Assembly (NCBI GenBank): GCA_009884515.1
Contig: RHHX01000001.1
Span: 254,956 to 318,955 of the forward strand
Direction of reading: 5' to 3'
DNA length: 64,000 nucleotides
From: Candidatus Mycoplasma liparidae
GTDB lineage: Bacteria; Bacillota_I; Bacilli_A; Mycoplasmatales; Mycoplasmoidaceae
Part shown: in pieces, positions 12,881 to 24,261 of the stretch
Numbering within the stretch: the stretch's first letter is position 1
Layout of the letters: every line of letters begins with the position of its first letter
Translations under genes and position numbers: made by a program
The notes under the pieces: generated by a model
The model's database searches: none
The model's input: the letters and a program-made list of their open reading frames with translations, nothing else
What the model was told of the DNA's origin: nothing

Positions 12881-12914
12881 AAAAAAAATAATACTAAAAG
12901 TATTATTTTTTTTT
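12881..12914. terminator. Bidirectional hairpin terminator downstream of arcA
   Basis: The stem aaaaaaaataatac / gtattatttttttt has A and T runs on both sides. Confidence 0.7.
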
Positions 12915-12929
12915 ATCTTAAATAAATAA

Positions 12930-14162
<1,233 letters not shown>

Positions 14163-14302
14163 ATTATTACTCCTATAATTATATACATTTACATTATATT
14201 CTTTTTATATTGAATTAAAAACATTAAATATATATTTCTCCTTTTAAATAGAAAAGGAATATAATATAAAAATAAAAATATTAAGTTATTTTAAGGTTTA
14301 TT

Positions 14303-15013
14303 ATGGTTAATAAAATATTCGGTAAAAAATCTATTTTAGAAGGCATTGAAAATAAACTAGAAATAACTAAAATTATATCTAATAAAAATCAAAATGATAT
14401 TTTAGAACTTATCCCTAACAATGTTCAATTCATCATTGAAAATAATGAATATTTTCAGCAATTTGATAAAACTTTAAATCACCAATTTTGTGTAGCTTTT
14501 TTAAAAGAAAATTCAATTAAAGAATTGTCGATCAATGAATTAATAATTAAAGTTAAAAAACAAGAAGAAGTAAAAATCTTAATCTTAGATGAAATAGAAG
14601 ATCCAAGAAATTTTGGTGCAATTATTAGAACAGCAGTTTGTTTTGATGTTGATGCTATTATTTATAAAAATAAAAACCAAGTTCAAATTAATGATTTAGT
14701 TATCAAAGCAAGTATGGGTGGTGTTTATTATATTAATATGTGTAAAGTACCAAATTTATCAAATGCAATTCAAAAATTAAAAGATAATGGAGTTTGAATA
14801 TATGCTTCAATTTTAGATAAAGATGCCCTTAATTTTAATGAAGTAGAATTTGATAAAAAAAGCGCTATTATTGTTGGTAATGAAAATTTAGGTATAACTA
14901 GTATAGTAGTTAAAAACTCAGATTTTAAAGTTTTTATTCCAATAGATAACATTCAATCATTGAATGTTTCAGTTGCAACAGGAATTTTTTTAAATAAATT
15001 AAGAAATGGATAA
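14303..15013 (+). CDS. rlmB: SpoU/TrmH-family RNA 2'-O-methyltransferase (RlmB-like)
   Basis: Motifs are EDPRNFGAIIRTA, IVGNENLGI and SLNVSVATGIFL. The frame continues past TGA at 14795 to TAA at 15011-15013. Confidence 0.7.
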
Positions 15014-15019
15014 TAAATA

Positions 15020-15370
15020 ATGGCTAAAAAAGAAGTTGTTCAAAATGTTAAAAAGTATTCAATTTATAGTATTATTTGATGAATTTCATTAATTCCAGCT
15101 ATTGTTACATTTGTTTTGTCTTTACGTGGTGAAAATGAAGCACTTCAAAAATTATTTAAATTATTCGTATCGTTTAGTGTTATTTTTTCAGTTTTAGCAA
15201 TTATCGGTTTTATTGGAAAAATGGTTTATTGAGTAAAAATATTTTCATCCACAACTCAATTAAGAACAAAGAATAAAAATACATTAGTTTCATTAATGGT
15301 CCTTGATATTTTTATCCCCTTTCTTCCATTTTATATTTATCGAAAAAAAGTTGATAAATTTAGTAAATAA
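15020..15370 (+). CDS. Small membrane protein (hypothetical)
   Basis: ATG lies 6 nt after the preceding stop. The 116-aa product has three hydrophobic segments and several TGA codons, so it is absent from the track. Confidence 0.5.
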
Positions 15371-15420
15371 AAAAATACTTAATTATGTAATTAAAAAAAA
15401 TCATAATTAAGTATTTTTTT
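15371..15420. terminator. Bidirectional terminator
   Basis: A 17-bp perfect inverted repeat aaaaatacttaattatg / cataattaagtattttt lies between convergent genes. Confidence 0.7.
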
Positions 15421-15990
15421 ATTGCCAATAATAATATTTGTTGGGTATTTACTAGCTAATTTTTGCAAATTTGTAATACTTTCATTATAAATTTTTTTAT
15501 TTTCAGTAATTTTATTATTAAGAAAGATAAAATCTTTAATCTTTTTATCAAGTTCAGATTCAGGTTTAAATTCGTTTACATTGATATATTTATCTAACAA
15601 ATTGACAAGACTATTTATCATTTTTGAAAAAGTATTTCTATTTTCTAAGTTGATTTCTTCAAAAGAAGATAAGGAATTAGTTATTTTTTCAATTTTTTGT
15701 TTTGTTTTGCTATCAATTTTTAAAAAATTATTAAGTTCTATTATTAAACTTAGTTCAGATTTAAATTTAAGATCAATAGCACTAATTGAATCATTTAATT
15801 CTAAAATAACTTTATTAACATTGTGATGATTAATACTGGGAAAGATACCAAAAGTAACAATACTTGTTAGAGTATATAAAAATTTATTACCTTTTATTGT
15901 CGGTAATAATTCATGCATATCTTTTATTAAATTATTCATGTTTAATTCAATTGTTTTTGTATCACTATTTATATTTTTGGTTTCTGTCAT
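15391..15990 (-). CDS. Hypothetical membrane protein, possibly LemA family
   Basis: This is an intact 199-aa ORF. The C-terminal YNESITNLQKLASKYPTNIIIG resembles the LemA YN...FP motif. Confidence 0.45.
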   Translation of the reverse strand: MTETKNINSDTKTIELNMNNLIKDMHELLPTIKGNKFLYTLTSIVTFGIFPSINHHNVNKVILELNDSISAIDLKFKSELSLIIELNNFLKIDSKTKQKIEKITNSLSSFEEINLENRNTFSKMINSLVNLLDKYINVNEFKPESELDKKIKDFIFLNNKITENKKIYNESITNLQKLASKYPTNIIIGNKKILNYDFF

Positions 15991-16185
15991 TGGGTAACTT
16001 TATGTTCTTTTTAAAAATAAGAGCAATAATAATTAATTATTATAACATAATTATATGCCTAATAAATAGGCATATTTTTTAGTTTTTGAATTATATATAC
16101 AAGTATTTTTATATTTATATATATAATATTTAATAAAAATAATTAATTAAGTATTATATATATAATACTTTGTAAGAGGCTTCTA

Positions 16186-17079
16186 ATGAAAAAAATTACC
16201 TATATATCTTTAATACTAACACCAATGGTTTTAATATCAACTTCAGCGGTTGTTGGCATTTCTTTAACTCATAAAGAAAAAGAAAACAATGAAACAGAAA
16301 TAACTAGAACTGAAGTTAAAGTTGAAACTAGAGTTGCTAAACCAAATACAATCATAATTTCGATTTTATTAGCAACAGGGTTACCAGCAATTGGTTTAAT
16401 TTTTTTAGTTATATTATTTGCTTATTTAAAAAAACAAAAACAAGAAAAATTAAAAAAAGACGTTGCTCAATATAATAAAGAAAATGATGGCAAAGAAATT
16501 CTTGATGATGAAGGTGATCATGAAAAAGAATCTACTATTAAAACGGATGATGAATCTAAAGAAGTAATTACTGAAAAAGAATCTACTATTAAAACGGATG
16601 ATGAATCTAAAGAAGTAATTACTGAAAAAGAATCTAAAGAACCTTCTGAAGAAAAAAGAAGCAATTCTAAATCTAAAAAAGATAAAAAATTAAAAACTCC
16701 AATTAAAGTAAAACCTTTAATCATGAAAATTAATCCAGGGAAAAGTAAAGAAGTTCGTGAAATTAGTAAAGGTGATAAACATTCATTAGGAACTGTTTTC
16801 CTTAAGAAAGCAACTAATTTAGCTGAACAAACAATGAACTTAATCAATAATTTTATTATGGATAATTTTGATATTGAAGTAGTTAAAGATTATAAATCAA
16901 TTATTTCAACTATTAATTCAATTAATCAAAGTGAAAAAGAAATTTTAACTAAAGGTTATACTATGTGCCAAGATTTTTATAAATCTAAAGATTTAGACAA
17001 ACCATTTTTAAATAAAGAATGATTAGCTGAATTAACTGATATTTCAGCTAAAATTCTTGAAATAACTGAAAAAAATTAA
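16186..17079 (+). CDS. Membrane-anchored Lys/Glu-rich protein with internal tandem repeat
   Basis: It has an N-terminal signal-like segment plus a second TM segment. The frame continues past TGA 17020 to TAA at 17077-17079. Confidence 0.6.
16521..16640 (+). repeat. 51-nt coding tandem repeat (2 full copies plus a partial one) encoding EKESTIKTDDESKEVIT
   Basis: Identical copies lie at 16521-16571 and 16572-16622. Confidence 0.9.
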
Positions 17080-17084
17080 TTTTT

Positions 17085-18188
17085 ATGAATATAATTAATT
17101 TTAAAAAAAAATTAATTAAAATTCCTCTGTCTTTTTCTGGTATCGGTCTTGGTATTGCTTCCTTTGGAAATTTAACTGAATCAATTTCATCTGATTTTAC
17201 AAAAGATATTGTTAATTATAATGATATTAATAATAATATTTTTCAAACAATATGTATGATTGTTGCTTTTATTATTATTGCAATAATAATAATGAGAATT
17301 TTTGCAAGTCTTGATAATTTTAAAAAAGAACTACGCGATCCTTTATTATGTGGTCTATTACCATTAATTCCAGTATTTGGTGGATTACTAGCAGGATATA
17401 TTGCTTCAATTCCAACTTTTAATGATAATACATTAGTTCCAACAGTAAATGCTGCCACTATTATTGGTGCTATTATTTTGATTGCTTGCATTTTGTTTCA
17501 TGTTGTTATTTTGTTTTATTTTTTGTTTTTTACTTTTAAAAATAAAAATCAAATTAAAGACGGAATTTTTGCATCTTGATTTATGCCACCAGTTACAATA
17601 ATTATTTATTCAATAGTTAGTTTTAACTTTCCTAGTGCAATATTACCAGATATTTTATTTCAAATAATTTGATACTTTGGTTTTTTAATGTTTATTATTT
17701 TTGCACCATATAGTTTTTATAAAATTGTTTTTGCTGATAATTTACCTGAAGATAAAATCCCAACAATTGCTGTTTTAGCATCTCCAAGCTCAATAACACT
17801 ATTAGGGTTTTTAAGTGTTTTTGTAGATAAAGGTAAACCTGTTCCTGGGTATAATGAATCTTTTATTGTTAGTATTGTTTTAATTTTAGTCATGCTTTCA
17901 TTTTGTTCAGCTCTATTTTTAATATTAATTTTGTTTAAAATACTTAGAACAAAATTCAATCCTAGTTATTCATCTTTAGGACTTGCAGCAGTAATAACAC
18001 CACTTGCAATGTTTGAAACACATATATTCTTTAGAGAACATGAATCTAGTGTAGCTATTGCTAATTTATTTTTAGCTATTTCTTTAATTGAAACAGTGTT
18101 TGCTACAATTATGATTTTTGTTTTATCAAGTAAATTCTTTATATCAATTCCAAAATGAATAAAATTAGATCCTGTCTTAAAAAATTAA
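17085..18188 (+). CDS. Polytopic membrane transporter, TehA/TDT (SLAC1-like) family candidate
   Basis: Track ORFs 17085-17579 and 17688-18158 are in the same frame, joined through TGA (checked). There are about 10 hydrophobic segments. The family call is by overall resemblance only. Confidence 0.4.
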
Positions 18189-18333
18189 ATTTTAAGTTAT
18201 TTTCCTTTAATATGTATTTATATATTGTGAACTTTGGTTTCATAACAATAATGAAGTAATACTTTGAAAACGACGCTTAGTAATTCTAATAAGTGAGTTT
18301 TATTATTAATTTTATAATAATTGGAGGTTTATA

Positions 18334-19464
18334 ATGATTAGTTTATGTTTTGTCTTATTTGGCGATGCTGATTTTAATATTCAAAAATTAAAATTGAATT
18401 TTGATCAAAAATTTAAATATTTAATTTCGTATAACCAAAGAGATGAAAATGAATATTTAAAATTTACCGAATCAGATTTTATAAAAAATAATAAGAATAT
18501 TCATGCTTATTTAGGTAATAAAGTTTATTGAGGTGATATTTCAATTGTTGATTCAATGGTAAATATTATTAATAAAGCTAAAGAAATATTTAACACAAAA
18601 TATGCTTTTGTAATTGATAGTAAAGCTGTTTTAATAAGAAGTTATGATTATATTTTAAATAAACTTGAAAGTAATGAAAATTGTAATTTTTTTGATTTTA
18701 ATGCAAATTGAAAGACAATTTATCGAACAATATATAAAAAAGATGGATTTCATCATTATTATAAGAATATGACGACTTTATTTTATGTATTTAGAAATTA
18801 TGATTTTAAAAACACAACTAGAGAAGTCGGGATGGGAGGTCTAATACGTGTCAAAAAAATAATTTATACTGCTTTTAAAAATAGAAAAAAATATTTAAAA
18901 CAACTTTGAAAAGAAAAAAAATATTCAGAATATTTTTTAATTCAAAAGAAATATTTAAAATCTTTTGGTTGATTTTTTTCAATTCACTTTATTTACTCAA
19001 ACGATAACTTTTGAGTAAGTGAGTATCATGGCTTTAAACCTGAAATTTTCTTCGGAAAAGAAAGTTTAACAGAATATGATAAAGAATTATTAAATAACTG
19101 TTATATGAATTTCGGATTTAATTTTTCTGGTAATTTGAATTACTTATATGATCTTGTAAATTCAGATATTTTTAAGAAAAATTATGAAATGTTTAAAAAT
19201 ATTTGAGCTCCAGAAGAATGTATTTTTTCAGCATCATATATTGAATATAATAAAAATTGAAAAAACGAAAAAACATATACTTATATTTTTAGAAATTTTA
19301 GAGTCTTTTCAAAAAAGAAAAAAAATAATGAATTAAAAGAAATACTTTTTAATGAATCAGATCCTAATTATGGGTATTATTTTTTTTACCGACAAGTTAT
19401 TAATGAAAAAGAATTAGAACAAATTGAAAATTTTTTGATTGAAAATAAAGAAAGAATGAATTAA
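18334..19464 (+). CDS. Trp-rich cytoplasmic protein, paralog A; possible GT14 (core-2/I-branching-like) glycosyltransferase
   Basis: An RBS ggagg lies upstream. The frame was checked as open with 10 TGA codons (376 aa). VYWGDISIVDSMVNII resembles the GT14 V-WG-S-V motif. Confidence 0.6.
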
Positions 19465-19552
19465 ATATTAAATATATTTTTTTTTTGTAATAATTTATAT
19501 TATTTTATGGTGATGAAATTTTTTATTTAGTAAAAATAATTTAAGGATTTTA

Positions 19553-20677
19553 ATGATTACTTTATGCTGTATTTTATTTGGTGATGCTAATTTTAATATT
19601 GAAAAATTAAAATTAAATTTTAATGAAAAATTTAAGTATTTAATCTCATATAATCAAAGAGATGAAAATGAATATTTGAAATTTGTAAAGTCAGATTTTA
19701 TAAAAAAAAACAAAAATATTCATGTTTATTTAGGTAATAAAGTTTCTTGAGGTGATATTTCAATTGTTGATTCAATGGTAAATATTATTAATAAAGCTAA
19801 AGAAATATTTAATACAAAATATGTCTTCATAATTGATAGTAAAACAGTTTTAATAAGAAGTTATGACTATATTTTAAACAAACTTGAAAGTGATGAAAAT
19901 TGTAATTTTTTTGATTTTAATAAAAATTGAAAAACAATTTACCAAAATAAAAAAGATACTTATTATCATAGACCACGAATTATAACTACTTTGTTCTATT
20001 TATTTAGAGATTATAATTTTAAAACTCCAATGGGAGGAGGGTGAAAAGAAGGTTTAATTCGTATTAATGAAATTCTTAGTATTGCTAAAAAAAATAAAAA
20101 AGAATATTTAAAGCGACTTTGAAGAGAAAAAAAATATTTTGAATATTTTTCAATTCAAAAAAAATACTGAAAATCATTTATCAGAATTTTTTCGATTAAC
20201 TTTATTTCCTCATATAGTAATTTTTGAACAACAGAATATCATGGTGCTGATCCTAAAATCTTTTTCGGAAAAGAAACTTTAACAAAAAATGATGAAGATA
20301 TACTAACTAAATGTTTTCTAAATTTCGGATTTAATTTTTCTGGTAGCCTAAATTATCTATATAATCTCGTAAATTCAGATATTTTTAAGAAAAATTATGA
20401 AAAGTTCAAAAATATTATTGGTCCTGAGGAATGAATTTTTTCTTTATCATATACTGAATATAATAAAAATTGAAAAAATGAAAAATCATATACTTGTACT
20501 TTAAGAAATTCAAAAGCTTATTTTAAAAAGAAAAAAGAAAACGAATTAAATAAAACACTTTTTAATAAATTAGACCCTAATTATGGTTATTATTTTTTTT
20601 ATCGAAAAATCTTTAATGAAAAAGAATTGGAAAATATCAAAAAGTTTATAAATAAAAATGAAAATACATTAAACTAA
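19553..20677 (+). CDS. Paralog B of the preceding gene (tandem duplicate)
   Basis: It is collinear with 18334-19464 over its full length, for example MITLCCILFGDANFNIEKLKLNF versus MISLCFVLFGDADFNIQKLKLNF. The frame was checked as open (374 aa). Confidence 0.6.
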
Positions 20678-20707
20678 TAATAAAACTTATCATTAATTAG
20701 GAACAAA

Positions 20708-21367
20708 ATGAAAATTGAATTTAAAAAAATTAAAGAATCAAATGTTATTGCAATTGGAGGCATGATTGCTGCCGGCAAAACGACTTTAATCCATAACTTA
20801 TCAAAACTATTAAATTGTTCTGTTATTGAAGAAATTGACCATAATGATGAAATTCAAACAGTACTTCTAAGAGCTTTATATGAAAAAAAGAATGTTGTAG
20901 CACCAGCTGTCTTTCAACTTTACTTTTTCTTAACACGATTTGAAAACTATAAAAAAGCAGCCTCATCAACTGATGATTTCTTTTTAGTTGATAGAACTGT
21001 TTTTGAAGATCGTTTATTTGCTCATAGAAATATGGCAAAAGATCCAATTACTTTCGGTTTTTATGATGTTTTATGAACTAATAAAATTCAAGAATTAATC
21101 TATTCAGTAGGAATTCCTAAACTATATATCATTATTGATATTGAATGAGAACTTTTTAAAGAAAGATTATTTGAAAGAGAAAGAAAAATAGAAACAGATA
21201 ACTATAAATTGAATGAAGAATATTTCAAAAATTTATGATCAGGTTATACTGATTATTTAGTTCAAATATGTCAGACATATGGAATTGATTATATTGTTGT
21301 TAGTGCTAGTGATGAACAAGAAATTAAATTAGATAAAATAATGAAATATTTAAGCACCAAAAACTAA
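20708..21367 (+). CDS. Deoxynucleoside (dA/dG-type) kinase
   Basis: It has the P-loop IGGMIAAGKTTL and a dNK-type LVDRTVFEDRLFA. The frame continues past TGA at 21074. Confidence 0.8.
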
Positions 21368-21448
21368 AAATATTTACTTAATTAATAAGTTTTTTATTGC
21401 ATTTTCTTATTAATTATATTAAAATTAAAATAGTTATTTTAAGTAAAT

Positions 21449-21523
21449 GGCCACATAGCTCAGCGGTAGAGCAACCGGCTGTTAACCGGTTGGTCGTAAG
21501 TTCGATCCTTACTGTGGCCGCCA
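21449..21523 (+). tRNA. tRNA-Asn (GTT)
   Basis: The cloverleaf has acceptor ggccaca/tgtggcc, anticodon loop ct-GTT-aa, T arm gtaag-ttcgatc-cttac and an encoded CCA. Confidence 0.92.
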
Positions 21524-21529
21524 TTTATT

Positions 21530-21606
21530 GGCCCGTTGGTGAAGTGACTCAACACACACGCCTTTCACGCGTGCATTCACGGGTTTGAATCCCGTACGGG
21601 TCACCA
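21530..21606 (+). tRNA. tRNA-Glu (TTC)
   Basis: It has acceptor ggcccgt/acgggtc (one G-U pair), anticodon stem cacgc/gcgtg with loop ct-TTC-ac, and CCA. Confidence 0.9.
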
Positions 21607-21627
21607 TTTAAAACAAACTAAATATAT

Positions 21628-21650
21628 AAGAAAGAAATTACTTTCTTTTT
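21628..21650 (+). other. Terminator-like hairpin inside the tRNA cluster
   Basis: The stem aagaaag / ctttctt is followed by a T run and lies between tRNA-Glu and tRNA-Val. Confidence 0.3.
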
Positions 21651-21652
21651 GT

Positions 21653-21728
21653 GGAGTGTTAGCTCAGTTGGGAGAGCAATTGCCTTACAAGCAATAGGCC
21701 GTGGGTTCGAGCCCCTCACACTCCACCA
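21653..21728 (+). tRNA. tRNA-Val (TAC)
   Basis: It has acceptor ggagtgt/acactcc, anticodon loop ct-TAC-aa and CCA. The T stem has one U-U mismatch. Confidence 0.85.
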
Positions 21729-21732
21729 TTTC

Positions 21733-21807
21733 GCCGTCGTGGCTCAACGGCAGAGCAACTGACTTGTAATCAGTAGGTTGTAGGTTCAACTCCTATCGAC
21801 GGCACCA
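21733..21807 (+). tRNA. tRNA-Thr (TGT)
   Basis: It has acceptor gccgtcg/cgacggc, anticodon loop ct-TGT-aa and CCA. Confidence 0.9.
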
Positions 21808-21830
21808 TTTATAACATTCAATTTATTTGT

Positions 21831-21914
21831 GCACTTGTGGCGGAATGGCAGACGCGCTAGACTTAGGATCTAGTTCCGCGAGGAGTGGGAGTTCAAGTCT
21901 CTTCAAGTGCACCA
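21831..21914 (+). tRNA. tRNA-Leu (TAG), long variable arm
   Basis: It has acceptor gcacttg/caagtgc, anticodon loop ct-TAG-ga, a long variable arm and CCA. Confidence 0.9.
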
Positions 21915-21925
21915 AATTAAACAAT

Positions 21926-21958
21926 AAAAAAGAACAGAATTTATTTCTGTTCTTTTTT
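21926..21958 (+). terminator. Terminator of the tRNA cluster
   Basis: The stem aaaaaagaacagaa / ttctgttctttttt is followed by a T run. Confidence 0.75.
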
Positions 21959-21960
21959 CA

Positions 21961-22573
21961 CTCATTCATAGGTATTTCTTATATTTACTAAAAATTGTTA
22001 TTAGTAAAATATTACATAGAATCGTAAAAATAATTAAAAATCTTTACTCCTTACTAATGAAGATTTTTTTCATGAAATAAAAAGGTTTTTATATACAAAA
22101 TGTAAGATATAATTAAGAGATTAGAAAAAATTTTCGAAAATGAAACATGGATTCATACTACTTTTTCTAATGGGAATAGACTTCATTTAAAATTTGATAT
22201 TAATTCGCTACCACATTGTTTTGGAATACAAAAAATACAAAAATATAAAAAAAAAAATTCTGAAGATATCATAGATAAAATAAAGGAAAACGAATAAATA
22301 TTCAAAAGATAAACAACAACTCAACAATAAAAAATGATTCCAAAGCACTTATATATAATAAAATTGAATGTGTTAACATTTTCTTTTATATAAAAAAATT
22401 TGCTATGTTTTAATTCGTCTATTAAAAATTCAAAATTAGATCATAATTTTGACAGCGTTTATATTATATCTGTAAGAAAAATTGAAAAAGACAAACAATT
22501 AAAAAGGTTTTTAACCAAAAATAACCATATTGCATCTATGAAAAAGATAGCATTAGTACCAAAAAATGAATAG
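21961..22573 (+). repeat. Degraded copy of the ~0.65 kb unit found intact at 47281-47941
   Basis: The leader, hairpin and coding part are collinear with 47281-47941, for example ttcatgaaataaaaaggtttt and ccacattgttttggaataca. Confidence 0.85.
22100..22573 (+). pseudogene. Pseudogene of the 177-aa protein encoded at 47405-47938
   Basis: Codon 2 is TAA where the intact copy has CAA. There are further stops and an internal deletion relative to the intact copy. Confidence 0.85.
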
Positions 22574-22623
22574 ATATTATTCTACAAAACAGTTAAAAAT
22601 GAACTAATCTAGTTTATTTTTTA

Positions 22624-22973
22624 TTAATCATATCATCCACCACTATTAACATAACCTGCTTTTCATAAAACATTAGCAAAATCATTTGCTTATTTTACAC
22701 ATTCACCTCAACTAAGGAGACCAATTTTATCATAACCTCAAAATGCTTTTAGTAGTCCATTACTACCAGTAGGTCCATCAAAAAAAATAATTCTTTTATA
22801 AGGGACCACTAGAACCTATTCCCTCAGAATAAGTTCATCGATAAATTTTATTACCAACAATAACTTCAACAGGGTTAGCAACAATGCTAATAGCAACTAT
22901 TGATAAAATAGTTAGAGTTAATAATGCTGCACCTACTATAAGAATACTTATATATTTTTTTTATATTATTCAT
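22624..22973 (-). pseudogene. Disrupted gene for a signal-anchored, Trp/Gly-rich protein
   Basis: The ATG frame stops after 28 codons. A one-base change in the A8 run (plus-strand T8 at 22955-22962) would give MNNIKKYISILIVGAALLTLTILSIV. More frame breaks lie downstream. Confidence 0.6.
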
Positions 22974-23108
22974 TTATTTTTCTCATAATATTATAATTTT
23001 CTTTTCCCTTATTATTTATAATAAAACATCATTAGAAATAGTTATTTAATATTTTTTTCCTTTATTTATTAATAATCAATTAAAATATTACTTTATAAAG
23101 GAATTTTA

Positions 23109-24239
23109 ATGATTTTAAAAGAAAATTTTTATATCAAAAATATCTTTGAAAAAGATAAGCAAACTATCTTTTTTGACCTTGAAATGGATAAGTATCATTT
23201 ACTACAAATAGGTGCTATCAAAGTCAAGAATAACAAAGTTATCGATAAAATTTCACTATCTTGTTTTAATAGAAAAAAATTGACAACATTTATTCAATAC
23301 TTTTTAAAAATTGATGATCAAAGTTATTTAAAAGATTCTGATTGAGAAATCTATGAAAAGTTTCATAAGTTCTGTTTATCAAGTGATTATATAATTAACT
23401 TTGGTAGTTGAGATGGACACTTTATTAAACTATTAAGATATAAAAACTCTCATAAAGTATCAGGTGAAACAAATGAGAAGTTAGAATTTATTGATATTGA
23501 TGAATTTGCTCTTTGAAAAAAGTACAAAGTTAGATTATCACTAGATGGGTGATCTAATGTGTTTGATTGTGAAAATAAAAACTCTCATGAAGCTTTATTT
23601 GATTCTTATAAACTTTATAATGTTACAAAAGCATTCATTGAAAATGAAGAAGCTGATTTAACTGAAAAAATATTTTTTGAATCAATAAGACCTAGAAAAA
23701 CAATTAATAATATTAAAGAAATTTCTAAGCTTAATTTAAATCAAATAAAAGAAAATGGTTTAGAAAATACCAAGAAGATAACTTTTATTAGTTATAAAAC
23801 CTCAGTTAACCACTTATCACCTACCTATGATGCTGATGATTCAAATAGAATTGATAGAGAAAAGAGTATCAACATTAATATTATTGATGTTGATATGAAT
23901 GGGAAAATTATCAAAAGTATTAAAGAAGAATTTGTTTTAGTTGGTGAAAACATTTATAATGAAGAAAAAGAAATTAAAAATATTATTGTCAGAACAAACA
24001 TATTAGATAATTTAGAACAAACATTAATAATCAGTAATCACTTTAATAAAGATATTGCCCAAGCTTATTTTATAGAAAATAAAAATTTATTTCTTTTTTA
24101 CAAAATTAATTTAACAAAATTAACGGATTATTATCAATGAAGAAATAATGAAAAAGCTTCTTTAGAAAATAAAGAATCCCTTAAAAAATTTATTGATTGA
24201 TCTTTTTTAGTAGTCAATAAATATATAAAAAAAACTTAG
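23109..24239 (+). CDS. DEDDh-type 3'-5' exonuclease domain fused to an uncharacterised C-terminal half
   Basis: Two track ORFs are in the same frame, joined through TGA (checked; 376 aa). Exo I is IFFDLEMD, Exo II-like is NFGSWDGHF, and Exo III is NSHEALFDSYK. Confidence 0.65.
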
Positions 24240-24258
24240 CTTTTATCTAAGTTTTTTT
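24227..24258. terminator. Bidirectional terminator between convergent genes
   Basis: The stem is aaaaaaaacttag / ctaagttttttt. Confidence 0.7.
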
Positions 24259-24261
24259 ATT

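Noticed and set aside
21397-21588. 63-aa track ORF spanning tRNA-Asn and tRNA-Glu
   Set aside because: It overlaps two clear tRNA cloverleaves and is an artefact of the GC-richer tRNA sequence.
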